DNA from: Mobula hypostoma
Lineage: Eukaryota
NCBI RefSeq assembly: GCF_963921235.1
Contig: NC_086101.1
Span: 6,946,001 to 7,010,000, forward strand
Reading direction: 5' to 3'
DNA length: 64,000 bases
The notes beneath the pieces were generated by a model that saw nothing but the letters and a program-made list of their open reading frames with translations, had not been told where the DNA came from and did no database searches. The position numbers and the translations under genes are program-made. Positions 23,443-40,935 of this stretch are shown here, piece after piece; the first letter of the stretch is position 1, and every line of letters begins with the position of its first letter.

Positions 23443-23519
23443 ACCATCCGACCGTTCTCTCCGCAACTTTCCCTGATACTGTTGTTGTGGGAAATTCGGC
23501 TCCCAATGGCAGCAGCGAG

Positions 23520-26290
23520 GAGAAAACATGACCTTAATTAAGGATGTTGCTTTCTTGTGGCAGCGCTCCCTGTCAGATGCGCTCAATGGTGAGGAAGGCT
23601 TTTCCTGCGACAGTCTGGGCTGTGTTCACTCTGGGCATTTGTGTTTCCACAGCAGGCCGTGATGCAAGCAGTCAGGACAATCCCCACTGCGTATCTGTAG
23701 AAGTTTGTCAAAGTTTTAGATGGCATGGCGAATCTGCGCAAATTCTGTACTATCACAGTAGAGGCAATGCCGTGTCTTCTTGGTAATGGCGCTTAATGTG
23801 CTGGACCCAGAACAAATCCACTGAAATCAGAACCAAAAGGAATTTAAAGACATTCACCCCTCCCACCTCCGGTTCCCTGATGAGGTCTACCTCATGGACC
23901 TCCGGTTATTCCCTCCTCCAGACGACAGTCGGCCTGGTTCTGCTGACATTGAGTGAGAGGTTATTGTTGTGGCACCAAACAGCCTGATTTTCAATCCCCC
24001 GACTATATGCCGACTCGTCACCACCTTGGATTCCGCCAACAATAGTCAGCAAATTTAAATATAACGTTATAGTCATACTTTATTGATCACGGGGGAAATT
24101 GGTTTTCATTACAGTTGTACCATAAATAATAAGTAGTAATAAAACCATAAATAGTTAAATAGTAATATGTAAATTATGCCAGTAAATTATGAAATAAGTC
24201 CAGGACCAGCCTATTGGCTCAGGGTGTCTGACCCTCCAAGGGAGGAGTTGTAAAGTTTGATGGCCACAGGCGGGAATGACTTCCTATGACGCTCTGTGCT
24301 GCATGTCGGTGGAATGAGACTCTGGCTGAATGTACTCCTGTGCCCACCCAGTACATTATGTAATGGATGGGAGACATTGTCCAAGATGGCATGCAACTTA
24401 GACAGCATCCTCTTTTCAGACACCACCGAGAGAGAGTCCAGTTCCATCCCCACAATATCACTGGATTTACGAATGAGTTTGTTGATTCTGTTGGTGTCTG
24501 CTACCCTCAGCCTGCTGCCTCAGCACACAACCCCAAACATGATAGCACTGGCCACCACAGACCCGTAGAACATCCTCAGCATCGTCCAGCAGATGTTAAA
24601 GGACCTCAGTCTCCTCAGGAAATAGAGACGGCTCTGACCCTTCTTGTAGACAGCCTCAGTGTTCTTTGACCAGTCCAGTTTATTGTCAATTCGTATCCCC
24701 AGGTATTTGTAATCCTCCACCATGTCCACACTGACCCCCTGGATGGAAACAGGGGTCACCGGTACCTTAGCTCTCCTCAGGTCTACCACCAGCTCCTTAG
24801 TCTTTTTCACATTAAGCTGCAGATAATTCTGCTCCCACCATGTGACAAAGCTGTGTTTACCCTCAGAGTCCTAAAGCGAGTGAGCTCGGGACAAAGCCTT
24901 GAGTCGCTGTGCTGGCGGAGGAGATGTTGTTGCCAATCCCAACTGACTGATGTCTGAGAGTGAGGGAATGGAGGATCCAGTTGTACAAGGACGTATCGAC
25001 GCCTCGGTCTTGGAGCTTATTGATTAGTTTTGAGGGGATGACAATGTTGAGTGGAGAGCATCCTGATGTCTGCATCTTCACTGTCCGGATGTTCCATGGC
25101 TGAGTGAAGAGTCAATGAAATGGCATCTGCTGTGGATTTGTTACGACAGTGGGCAAACTGGACAGTAGCCGCTGCTCGGGCAGGAGTTGAGGTAGTTCAA
25201 CCTCTCAAAGCATTTCATCACAGCGGATGTACGTGCAACTGGACAATAGCAGGTCAGGCAGCACCAGTGGAGGGGAATAACGAGTCGATGTTTCGGGGCG
25301 ACACTCCATCGACTGGAAAGGAGGAAGAAGCCAGAATAAGGCGGTGGGGTGGGGTGGGGGGAGTACAAACTGCAGATGATAGGTGAGACAAGGTGAGAGG
25401 AAAGGTGTGTGTGTGTGCGGGAGAGGGGAGGGAGTGAATTATGAAGTTGGGGGTGATAGTTGGAGGAGTTAAAGGACTGAAGAAGGAGTATGACAGAAGT
25501 GGACAGAGGACTATAGCAGAAAGGGAAGGAGGAGATGGGGAACCAGAGGGAGGAGACTGGCAGTTCAAAGTTCAAAGCAATCTTAGTATCAGAGTACGTA
25601 TACCTCACCACTTACAACCCTGGTGTTCATTTTCTTGCGGGCATACTCAGTAAATCAACAGAATAATAACAAACATAACAGAATCAATGAAAGACCGCAC
25701 GAACCTGGCCGTTTAACCAGTGTGCAAACGACAACAAACTGCAAATACAAAACGCCAGAATAAATAATAAATAAATATTCAATAAATACCAAGAACATGA
25801 GATGAAGATGATTTCAAAGTGAGTACTTAGGTAATGGGAGCGATTCAGTGATGGGGCACTGTGGTTATCCCCTTTTGTTCAAGAGCCTGATGGCTGAGGG
25901 GTAATAACTGCTCTTGAACCTGGTGGTGCTCACCCTGAGGTTCATGTACCTGCGTCCTCATGGCAGCTGTGAGAAAAGTGCATGCCCGTGGTGTTGGGGG
26001 TCCCTGATGATGAAAGCTGATTTCCTGCGACAGTGTTTCATGTCGATGTGCTCAATGCAGTGGAGGACTTCACTCACGATGGAATGGGCTGGATCCACTG
26101 GATCTCACCCAGCGATGTAGCCAGTCAATATACTCTCCACTACACATTTACAGAACTTTGTTAAAGTTTTAGATATCCTGCTGGATCTCTGCAAATTAAG
26201 AATGTGGAGGCCCTGCTGTGCTTTCTTCGTAGATGTATTTACGTGCTAGGCCTGGAACAGGACATGCAAACTATTAACCCTGAGAAATTT
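23520..26290 (-). mobile_element. Nested Rex1/Babar-type LINE fragments (younger copy at about 24070-24850) with a PLE fragment at about 25245-25560
   Basis: KTKELVVDLRR...YKYLGIRIDNKLDWSKNT...QSRLYFLRRLRSFN; SVVMKCFERL-like RT words; ILDNVSHPLH. Confidence 0.75.
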
Positions 26291-26299
26291 AGAGTTGTC

Positions 26300-26760
26300 A
26301 GCATTTCTAATTCTCTACTGTAATTGTCCTGTGTATTGTACATCTGCCGTTGTCAGTGTCCCTTTATCTCACTTTAGGAAACGCATCTCAGTACATTCTT
26401 ACTGAGAGTCTTGACTTACCGAAAGCGCTTGTCTGTTGCTGACTTCCTGCAGTGACCACCCCCCCCCCACCCTTCCCACCCCAACATCCCCAGACACAGT
26501 CAGACTCGGAGGGGGTTTCTCAACAGTGACTCCTCTTGGTCGCACAGTTGTCGAGCCGAACCCCACGTGACAACAATGGGCAGACGATCTCTCATCGCTC
26601 CCTTGTGGTGACGGACAGTAATTCGGAGCGTCAGATAATCCAGATTTCTGTCTCTGGAGATGGTGAACAAAGCAGGAAGCTTGAGAAAACAACAGTAACT
26701 GGTTAGATCAGTGGAAGCTATTTGTGGTACAAGGAAAACGGACAGTGCCTCTTCCTCCAC
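26300..26760 (-). promoter_or_regulatory. Duplicated non-coding module copy A (CTCF-like site, ETS site, splice donor)
   Basis: Colinear with 46245-46715; CCACAAGGGAGCGAT at 26594-26608, GGAAGT at about 26442-26447, GTAAGT donor at 26414-26419 (all minus strand). Confidence 0.5.
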
Positions 26761-26784
26761 AGATGTCCAACGAAATTTGGCACA

Positions 26785-28850
26785 GAACATAGAAATCCAT
26801 AGCACATTACAGGCCCTTTGGCCCACACCGTTTTGCCAGCCATGTAACCTCTAGAAACTGCCTAGAATTTCCCTAGCGCATAGCCCTCTATTTTTCTAAG
26901 CTCCATGCACATATCTGAGAGGCTCTTAAAAGACCGTATTGTATCCGCTTCGACCACCGCCACCGGCAGTGCATTCCACGCACCCACCACTCTCTGTGTG
27001 GAAAAACGTACCCCTGACATCCCCTCGCCACTTATTTCCAAGCACCTTGAAACTCTGCCCCCCCCCCCCACCCCCGTGTTAGCTATTTCAGCCTTGGGAT
27101 AAAAACCTCTGACTGCCACACGATCAATGTCCCTCTTTATCGTATACACCTCTATCATGTCACCTATCATCCCACATCACTCCAGGGAGAAAAGGCCAAG
27201 TTCACTCATTCTATTCACATTAGGTACGCCCTCCAATCCAGACAACATCCTTGCAAATCTCCTCTGCACTCTCTCTGTAGTATCCACATCCTTCCTGTAC
27301 ACAAATGAACACAGTACTGCAGTGGGGTCTTACAAAGGTCTCATATAGCTGTAACATTACCTCACGGCTCTTGAACTCAATCCCACGGTTGGTGAATGCC
27401 AACACACTATACGCCTTCTTAACAGCACTGTCACCCTGCTCAGCAGCTCTGAGTGTCCTATGGACATGGACCCGAAGATCTCTCAGATCCACACTGCCAA
27501 GAGTCTTACTATTAATATTATATTCTGTCTTCAAATTTGACGTACCAAAATGAACCACTTCACTCTTATCTGGGTTGAAGTCATCTGCCACTTCTCAGCC
27601 CAGTTCTGCATCCTATCGATGTCCCGCTGTAACCTCTGGCAACCCTCTAGACTATCCACAACACCCCCAACCTTTGTGTCATCAGAAAACTTATTAGCCC
27701 ACCCTTCTAATTCGTCATCCAGGTCATTATAAAAATCACAAAGAGGAGGGGCCCCGGAACAGATTCTTGTGGAACACCACTGGTCACTGACCTCCGTACA
27801 GAATATGAACCATCTACAACTACCCTATGTCTTCAGTGGGCAAGCCAGTCCTGGATCCACAAAGCAAGGTCTCCTTCGATCCCCTGCCTCCTTACTTTCT
27901 GAAGGAGCCTGCCATGGGGAACCTTCTCAAATGCCTTACTGAAATCCATATACACTACATCCACTGCTCTACCTTCATCAATGTGTTTTGTTACTTCCTC
28001 AAATATTTCAATCAGGCTCGTAGGGCATGACCTGCCCTTGACAAGGCCATGCTGACTATCCCTAATCAGATTATGTCACTCCAAATGCTAATAAACCCTG
28101 CCTCTCAAAATCTTCAACAACTTTCCCAACACTGAAGTCAGGCTCACTGGTCAATAATTTCTTGGGTTATAGACTCCCTTTCTTGAACAAGGAAACAACA
28201 TTTGCAATTCGCCAATCCTCCGGTTCTTCTCCCGTCCCAATTGATGACACAAAAATCATTACAAGGTGCTCAGCAATCTCCTGTCCCGCTTCCCACAGTA
28301 GCCTGGGGTATATCTCATCCGGTCCCGGTGACTTAATGTTTTTCAAAAGCTCCAGCACATCCTCTTTCTCAATGTCTATATGCTCAAGCATTTCAGTCCA
28401 CTGTAAGTAATCCCCACAATTGTCGAGGTCTTTTTCCCTGGTGAAGACTGAAGCAAAGTACACATTAATACCTCTGCAACCTTCTCCGACCCCATGCACA
28501 CGTTTCCCTATCACACCTGATTGGTCCTATTCTCACATAGCTCATTCTCTTGCTCTTCACATCCTTGTAGAATGCCTTAGGGGTTTCCTTAATCCTGCTC
28601 ACCAAGGCCTTCTCGTGGCCCCTTCTGGCTCTCCTAATTCTATTCTTAAACTCCTTCCTAGCAAACTTGTAATTTCCTAGATCTCTAACAGTACCTAGTT
28701 TCTGGAACTTTTCACAAGCTTTTCTTTTCTTCTTAACTTGATCTTCTGCATCCTTTGTACACCATGGGTCTTTAACCCTACCATCCTTTCCCTGCCTTAA
28801 TGGAACATACCTATGCAGATCTCCAAGCAAATGTTCCCTGAACATTTGCC
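26785..28850 (-). mobile_element. 5'-truncated CR1 LINE, closely related to the copy at 10663-14357
   Basis: RT and tether ORF pieces (27220..27591, 28167..28514, 28465..28845), CATAGAA tail. Confidence 0.9.
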
Positions 28851-28874
28851 TAATAGCAAATATTATTTGCTAAT

Positions 28875-29552
28875 AGCCAGGGCCAGCATTTCGTTCATTA
28901 ATGCCAACGGCGGCCTGTCTCCCGAACCATCCAGATGCAGTAAGCGGGCAGCTCGCTTGCGCCGTGCGAGTCCAAAAGTCCTTATGAGCAGGGCTTTGAA
29001 TGCTGTGTATTTGCCGTCCTCCGGGAGCGACAGTATAATCTCCTCATCTTGTGCAGCTGTCCCCTGGTCGAGGGAGCTCAGCACGTAGTAGTAACGAGTG
29101 GAATCCGAGGTTATCTGCCGAATGTGGAATTGGGCTTCTGCTTGTTCGAACCATAGGCGAGCTCGCAGCGTCCAGAAGCTTGGCAGTTTTAACGAAACTG
29201 CATGAACAGATGCGGCGTCGGTCATCTCTGGTCCAAATATCGTTTGGGCCTTCGGGGTCACCAAATGCAGCGGTGTGCTACACACAGCGCTAGAATAACC
29301 ACACGTAGTCGGTGAGTTGTAGTTGCGAAAAAAGAGATTTATTCAAACTTCGCGGCCTGCTTTAAAGCCTTTCCCGTTCCCGCCCTCCCCGGGCGGGACT
29401 GCTGTGGGGAATGCATAATCGCAGACCCTTTCCGCGCGGGATTTTCCCCCTGCTGGTGAAGATGGCCTGGCGGCCTTTCTGGGGCCGGCCTCTCTGCCTG
29501 CGCGTGGCGTTTTGTGAGCCGGTTCGAGTGCGCTGGAAAGTGGGTCGCCACA
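28875..29552 (-). mobile_element. Gypsy-type LTR retrotransposon 5' end: LTR (29266-29552), tRNA-Trp PBS (29252-29263), gag N-terminus (ATG at 29225)
   Basis: LTR TGTGG...CTGCA with TTTAAA and AATAAA; TGGTGACCCCGA is complementary to the tRNA-Trp 3' end; gag MTDAASVHAVSLKLPSFW...WFEQAEAQF...TRYYYVLSSL. Confidence 0.88.
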
Positions 29553-30151
29553 CCCTCTCAATTTCAATCTCCATAGTCGGGGGAATCTCCAGCGCTTCCC
29601 GTAGCAGCTTTTCTACAAAGTCTATCATCGACAATCCCTCCGCTCCTGCGGGTACATTATAAATCCTGATGTTTTGCCGGCGCGAGCTTCCCTCTTGGTC
29701 AAGCAATTTACTTTCTTGTTGATTTAATATCTTTATCGTCTTACCTAGTATCCGTTCCACGTTTTGCACGCGATCTTCCGCCTTCTCAATTCGAGTCTCT
29801 GCCACCGCTATTTTCTGATTGACGTTGGCGAGCTCTGTCTTTATATCATTGAGTAGCTGTTTTATATCATTTTGGATTTCCCTTATCTCTTCCAAAATCC
29901 TTATCATATTTGCCGCTTCGCCCGCACGAGGCCCCGTGTCAGCCGCGCCACCACGTTTCACCTCTCCCTTCCATAGTCTCCGCAGTGATGCTTTTTTATC
30001 TCCATTCTTTTCCCCAGTCTTGCCCCCCAATCAATTCAGATATTTTCGAAAGATCTTCTATTTGATGGATTAATGGGGCAAAATATGCGTTTTTCCGGAG
30101 GAGCTATTGATTTAAGCTGCCATTCTGAGCGATGACGTCACCGGAACCGCC
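29553..30151 (-). mobile_element. L1 LINE 5' UTR and ORF1 N-terminal half, cut by the Gypsy LTR
   Basis: Coiled coil followed by SRRQNIRIYNVPAGAEG...FVEKLL...EIER (L1 ORF1p RRM start); 5' end GGCGGTTCCGG with TGACGTCA (30133-30140) and YY1-like AATGGCAGC. Confidence 0.85.
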
Positions 30152-31111
30152 GATTTAGTGGGTATTTGACCATATTCTTTATTTCCTGTCGGAATTTGCT
30201 CTGAGTCACGGCATAAGTACAACTGTTGGTGCAGGAACTGAGAATCTGCAGCATTACCGATGTGTGTTCTGTGATGTAACGGGGATCAAAAACATAGAAC
30301 AGTACAGCACAGTACAGGCCCTTCAGCCCACAATGTTGTGCCGACCCTCAAACCCTGCCTCCCATATAACCCCCCCCCCCCCCACTACCTTAAATTCCTC
30401 CATATACCTGTCTAGTAGCCTCTTAAATTTCACTTGTGTATCTGCCTCCACCGCTGACTCGGGCAGTGCATTCCACGCACAACCACTCTCTGAGTAAAAA
30501 ACCTTCCTCTAATATCCTCTTTGAACTTCCCACCCCTTACCCACCCTTTTGTCCCCGCAGCCCCCTGTGGGTTCGACTGGCCGTTAGAATCCTTCTGACC
30601 GTCAGAATATTGAACAGCAAAATCAGAATGAATGGGAGACAAGGATAGAATATGCGGTGAAACATCTCAAATGCCGCCCATGAGGGAGAGCTTGTGTAGC
30701 TCACTACAAAAAACACAATCCCAGGGAACACCATCAACTATTTCTCTCGTCCCGTTTGCGAAGTACCCGGACACAGTCTCCAAACAGGCCAGCATACTCA
30801 CTGTCCCGATAACCACAGCCGCCGTTTTCTCGGTTTTGTTTTCAGCTTCTCGCAGCAAATAGGTACAAATCGATCGACGGCGAAAGCGACAGTCAGCCAG
30901 ACTGAGGTCGTAGTGCTCGCAAATGTCAATCGGAAAACGAGCCTGCACGCATGGGTGATGAACACGAATGATCGAGGAAAACAAATCTCAACAGGGGATT
31001 CGAGATAACGACCAGGAGATCGGCCGCTGCCATTCCCACCACGTAGCGAGTGACACATTTAGAGAGACCGCACTTTCTCCGAGACAGGATCACAATCACC
31101 ACCCAAGTTCG
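30152..31111 (-). pseudogene. GPR139-like rhodopsin-family GPCR pseudogene
   Basis: Acceptor ctcttccag at 31112; IVILSRRKCGLSKCVTRYVVGMAAADLLVVI (TM1-2), SVWLTVAFAVDRFVPICC (TM3), TEKTAAVVIGTV (TM4), PCLPFILILLFNILTVRRILTASR (TM5), and ITEHTSVMLQILSSCTNSCTYAVTQSKFRQEIKNMVKYP (TM7/H8, 30152-30288). Several frameshifts; TM6 missing. Confidence 0.88.
30289..30543 (-). mobile_element. CR1 3' terminal fragment occupying the deleted TM6 region of the GPCR
   Basis: VRGGKFKEDIRGRFFTQRVV...W and CATAGAAC tail. Confidence 0.8.
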
Positions 31112-32968
31112 CTGGAAGAGAGAACGGGAACAGCAGGTTGAGAAAATACTGAGCAGAAGCCGATGCTTTGAGGGGATCCTGCAATATTTCCACTTTATTG
31201 TTGCATTTAGCGTTGGAAGGTTCGTGAGAGGGCGCAGAGCTGGCGGAGTCAGAGAAGGAAATTACACAGTTTAATAAAGTCTGTATGTTCTGAACACGGA
31301 TTCCATACTGATGTGAAGTGGCAGCGGACAGCTAAAACTGCGTAACGACCTCCTCAGAGACAATACTGGATAGAATAGTTTGTACCGGCACCTTCCGGGT
31401 CTCGTGTGGATGAAATGAATGAATCCGGACGCTGATGGCGGGATTCTTCCCTTAGACTATAATCAATTTCCATGGCAATCGCTGTCAGCGACAGAACAAC
31501 CGAACGAGGGAACAAAAACAGGATTCCGGAAACACTCATCCGGGCAAAGCACAATATGTGGAAAAACGGTTAAAGTATCTCGCCTCAGAACTGTTCTCCG
31601 AGAGACCCCTGATACGAGTGTTATCTGGTTTATCTTTCCATACAAGCTGTTTGGGGCTTAGTGATTCCAGGATTCCCCGAGTTTGTTTCCTATTCCAGCA
31701 TTTGCCACATCACTGAATTTACAGCAGAAGATTGACTGATTCCAACAGATACAGCGCAGTCAGACACAACCTCACAGACAGACATGACGCCTCCCACTGA
31801 ATCCATCACAGGGAAGCAGGGAGAGGAATTCATCGTTCTGCTGCAAACTCGCTGCCGTTATCAGATGTCTGTAACAGTGTCAGTTGTAAATATAATAGAA
31901 TAAGTTTCACAGTATTGATAACTATGAAGCACCGAGTCAGTTGTGTTAACTTACTCATCAACGAATTCATTGTGTTGCCCATCAACTGCTCTACATTCTG
32001 TCATAGGACAGTCATTTATTAAAAATCTACAACAGTTTCGTGTTTTAACACGGAACTCCTCACATTTGCTGAAGTCTTGCTACCAGTCGATAGTCTGATT
32101 GTTGCACGTAGCTCAGACAATCGCTCACATGCAAAGGCAGACAATCAATTGGTACAAACTTAGCGGGCTGCAGAAGCACAATATTTGCAAATGCAGTGCA
32201 GCTGCTACATGATCAAAAGCACAGCGACCCGAACATCCCATTATTGACCACAAACCGCTGGAAGAAACCTGCCTGACCCGCTTAGTTCCATAGCAGTTGG
32301 CGGATTCGGTGAATTCCTGCAGCGGCTGGTCTTCAGATCCAAACCCCTGCATCTATATTGCCGGTGCTTGCATTCAATTCTTGAAATATGGAATACTGGC
32401 ACTGGACAGGTGATAGTGGAAACCAGCGACAGAAAAAAAATCACATCGTTGAAATCAAACTTCAACTCCCAAAAACGGCATCTGAAACTTTGACTTACCG
32501 GGAATTCCAAAGGCTGAAATAAAAGGATAGTAACTGGACTACACCATATGACTGGATACATCATTTCAGTGATTTCTGTTCTTCCTGAATTCACAGCTCC
32601 GTTAGACACTTTGAGCTGATGCATTGAAATCGGCCCTGATTTATGCAGAGGATCAGTCTCCAGTCTACATTCACTGAAACAAACACTTTAATTCAAAGCA
32701 CCATAGCTTCTGATGTAAGTATTGAGCTGATTGAAAGCAATTACTTCAGAATTCTCTGGAATTACCTCAGGCGTGTCTCTGGTGGAAATAAGGCCAGCAG
32801 ATTTAATTACAAATACTGAGCTTTGTCACGAAGCAGGACAGATCGTATCTTTCTGATGACTAATTACTCATATCTGAACGGAGGCCAGCGACTCTGACAG
32901 AGCACGACTTTCGGTCCCTACAGTTTCCAATCTTGAACTGTCTTTCAGTCCGTTCGTTTCTTCCTTAC

Positions 32969-32990
32969 CGCGCGCGCGCAAACACACACA

Positions 32991-33064
<74 letters not shown>
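32969..33064. repeat. Compound (CG)n(CA)n(CT)n(CA)n microsatellite
   Basis: Directly visible. Confidence 0.95.
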
Positions 33065-33065
<1 letters not shown>

Positions 33066-33279
33066 GCACAGATTTGTATCTCCAAAGCTACAATGGAGAG
33101 ACCGATGTCAGGATGGAAACGGTCACAAATGAACACGTGAAAATCTACAGATGCTGGACAGCCGAGGCAACACAAGGAACTCTGCTGAGTTGCTCCATTT
33201 TGTGTGTGATGTTGTTGATCTAATAGTCTTCCATGAGCATCTCAAATCAGCCAACGGTCAAAAGAAATTGAGAAGAAAT

Positions 33280-34500
33280 ATTTCAACCTGCAACCTGTAA
33301 TTTGATTATTAACCTCTTGTGGGGTACCCTGATAAAAAAAAACTTCTGATCATCCAAGTAAATTATATCAACTTCTCTATTGTTATCATAAATTATAGTT
33401 ACCTCCCCATAGAACTGCAACATATTAGTAAAATTTGATTTAACTTTTCTGAACCCATGCTGGCTTTCTGCTAACATGCCTGGTCTTACACGTTAGCCTT
33501 ACTGGTCCATAGTCACCAGGGTCAGTGCAGTCACCCTTCTTATATACCGGGGCAACGTTAACACTTTTCAAGTCCTTAAGAATTTCACCAAACTTTACAG
33601 AATTTGAAAAACGTACTTGTTAGGGGTTTGTATAGTTAATCGCAGACTTCCTTAATTTGTTAACTGATTTATTAACTTAACTCACAAAATTACAGGATAT
33701 TAGGCCCCCTCCAGTTCAGGAGCAATCCATCTCTTGTGTACAGGTCTCCCTACCACAGAAGAAATTGCAGTGATCCAAGAACCTGAATCTTTCCCCCTGC
33801 ATCAGTCGCTCATTCATCTGAATCATCATTCCATTTCTAACCTCACCAATATGAGGCACAGACTGCAAACTAGAGATTGCTGTTTTTTAGTTGTGCTTTC
33901 TAAGTTCTTTCCTAATTCCCTCTGTTCACAGCGTACAAGCACAACCCTCATTTTACCAAGTTATATGCACCTCGAGCCCTTGAGAATTTTCGGCAGCCAC
34001 TCGGACAAGTTCCTGACTCTGGTACTCAAGAGGCAACAGACCATCCTGCTATCTCTTTTACAGCCACAGAATCTTGAGTCTTCTCTCAAACACTGTCCAG
34101 TCTGACCTCGTCCTCCCCGACTGGGCATCTGAGACACTGTCAGTGCCAGCAGCCTGGCTGTTGCTGGTGTGCCCTGAGAGGTCATTCCCCCATCAGTATT
34201 CAAAACGTGTACGTGTTGTGAGGGCAGCAGCCACTGGGGGACCCTGCACTGTCTCACTCTTTCCCTTATCTCTCCTGGTGGTTACTACACTTATCAGCAT
34301 CCGGTGTCATTGTTCTAGATGAGCCCAGGTCTGTCGATCTCCAGTTCCATTTATTTCCCACGGTCAGTCGGGAAATACAGCTGGTGAATGTCCCTCATGT
34401 TTATTTATAGGGGTCACTAACCGACTCCCTGATCTCCCACATCCTGAGGCAGAGCGTGTCAGTGGCATAACTGCCATTCTTGCTACTCCAACAGGGAGAG
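33280..34500 (-). mobile_element. Old CR1 debris (RT fragment; ORF1 esterase fragment)
   Basis: ESQHGFRK...VDIIYLD...VPHKRLI and SRFCGCKRDSRMVCCL...RV. Confidence 0.65.
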
Positions 34501-34576
34501 AGATTCGGGAAAAAAATTCACGTCCTAGGGTACAACACATCATATGCCATTCCTCTGCACACATTTCCAGATGGTC

Positions 34577-35053
34577 TATAGACAATAGACAGTAGACAAT
34601 AGACAATAGGTGCAGGAGTAGGCCATTCGGTCCTTCGAGCCAGCACCGCCATTCACTGTGATCATGGCTGATCATCCACGATCAGTATCCAGCTCCTGCC
34701 TTATCCCCATAACCTTTGATTCCGCTATCTTTAAGAGCTCTATCCATCTCTTTCTTGAAAGCATTCAGCGACTTGGCCTCCACAGCCTTCTGGGGCAGAG
34801 CATTCCATATATCCACCACTCTCTGGGTGAAAATGTTTTTCCTCAACTCTGTTCTAAATGGCCTACCCCTTATTCTTAAACTGTGGCCTCTGGTTCTGGA
34901 CTCACTCATCAGCGGGGACATGTTTCCTGCCTCCAGCGTGTCCAATCCCCTAATAATCTTATATGTTTCAATAAGATCCCCTCTCAGCCTTCTAAATTCC
35001 AGAGTATACAAGCCCAGTCGCTCCAATCTTTCAACATATGACAGTCCCGCCAT
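34577..35053 (-). mobile_element. Young CR1 3' fragment with (ATTGTCT)n tail
   Basis: MAGLSYVERLERLGLYTLEFRRLRGDLIETYKI...FTQRVVDIWNALP; TAGACAA repeats on the plus strand. Confidence 0.9.
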
Positions 35054-35065
35054 CTGTTGAATCCT

Positions 35066-39528
<4,463 letters not shown>

Positions 39529-40396
39529 TCATATGAATCCTGGAATGTTTCCATACCAGTCTTGCTTTTCTCTTAACCAGATCTCTGTAGTGGTTGCATC
39601 ACCGTGCCATGTACTGATCCAGACTCTAAGTACGTCTGCTTTCACTGTTCTACACCCTGCTCTGAAATAAACTCACTTCCGCCCTTCGGTGCAACTGTAC
39701 TCATTAACGTGGCCCCATCTTGACTTCCTTTTGCGGTTCCTCGACCTCATCTCCTCCTTCCACTCAATGCTACCTACTGACCTGTAGCTCTGGATCCCAA
39801 CATCCTCTCCACATGCAACATGATTAAAATGATCACGGTGGCTCCAGCAAGCTTCCCTGTGAGAATATTATTTCCCATTCAGTGCAACATCATTCTCACT
39901 CATCCTGGAAGAGAGCCCAATGTTCTGTATTCCTGATGCCCTCCTTCCTGCACCAGATTGTTAGTCACACATCTGTGTACCAAGCGTGCGTAACCGGGAT
40001 TAATCCTGAAATCACCACCCCGGAGTTCTTACTTCTTAACTTTCTTCCCAACTCCCTGAATTCTCTTTGAAGGACCTTGCCTCTCTGTTGTTAGTTCTAA
40101 CAAGGATCACAATCTCTGGTTGCTCACCCGACCCTTTCAAAATGGCCCGTACCTTCTCAGAGACATTTGATTCAGCTCAGGCTATTTACTTATGCATTCG
40201 CAAACAAAGGAGACTGCACACGTGTTGAAACCACGCAATTTTTTTAGAAATCGAGGATTTTAATATAGAACAAAAAGTACAAATGTCTACAGTAGTAGCT
40301 GTACATAATTCAAAATAATACTTATCATCAACTAAGCATGCCGATCTCAGTGATAGAGTGGAACCACAAATCCGGCAATGTCACAATGTCACACAG

Positions 40397-40660
<264 letters not shown>

Positions 40661-40769
40661 ACCATATCTGAGACGCTTCACTCTACCGCTCTGACTCTCA
40701 TTTTTTTCTGTCTCTTCCACGTGCTCATCCCTCACGCTCAGTCTCGCGACATCTTCCCCGTGTCCTCCA

Positions 40770-40935
40770 CCTCGTGCTCTCTCCCTCACGCCAGCTCCCT
40801 CGTGTCCTCCCCCTCGCGCCCTCTCCCTCACGCCAGCTCCCTCGTGTCCTCCCCCTCGCGCCAACTCCCTTGTGTCCTCCCCCTCGCGCCCTTTCCCTCA
40901 CGCCAGCTCCCCCGTGCTCTCTCCCCCTCGCGACG
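40770..40935. repeat. About 42-bp C-rich minisatellite, 3-4 imperfect units
   Basis: Unit CTCTCCCTCACGCCAGCTCCCTCGTGTCCTCCCCCTCGCGCC repeated twice near-perfectly, plus degenerate copies. Confidence 0.8.

Noticed and set aside
23140..23586. 148-aa ORF as a complete SPRY-only gene
   Set aside because: Only about 55 residues are SPRY; the N-terminal part is Rex1-derived or unrelated sequence.
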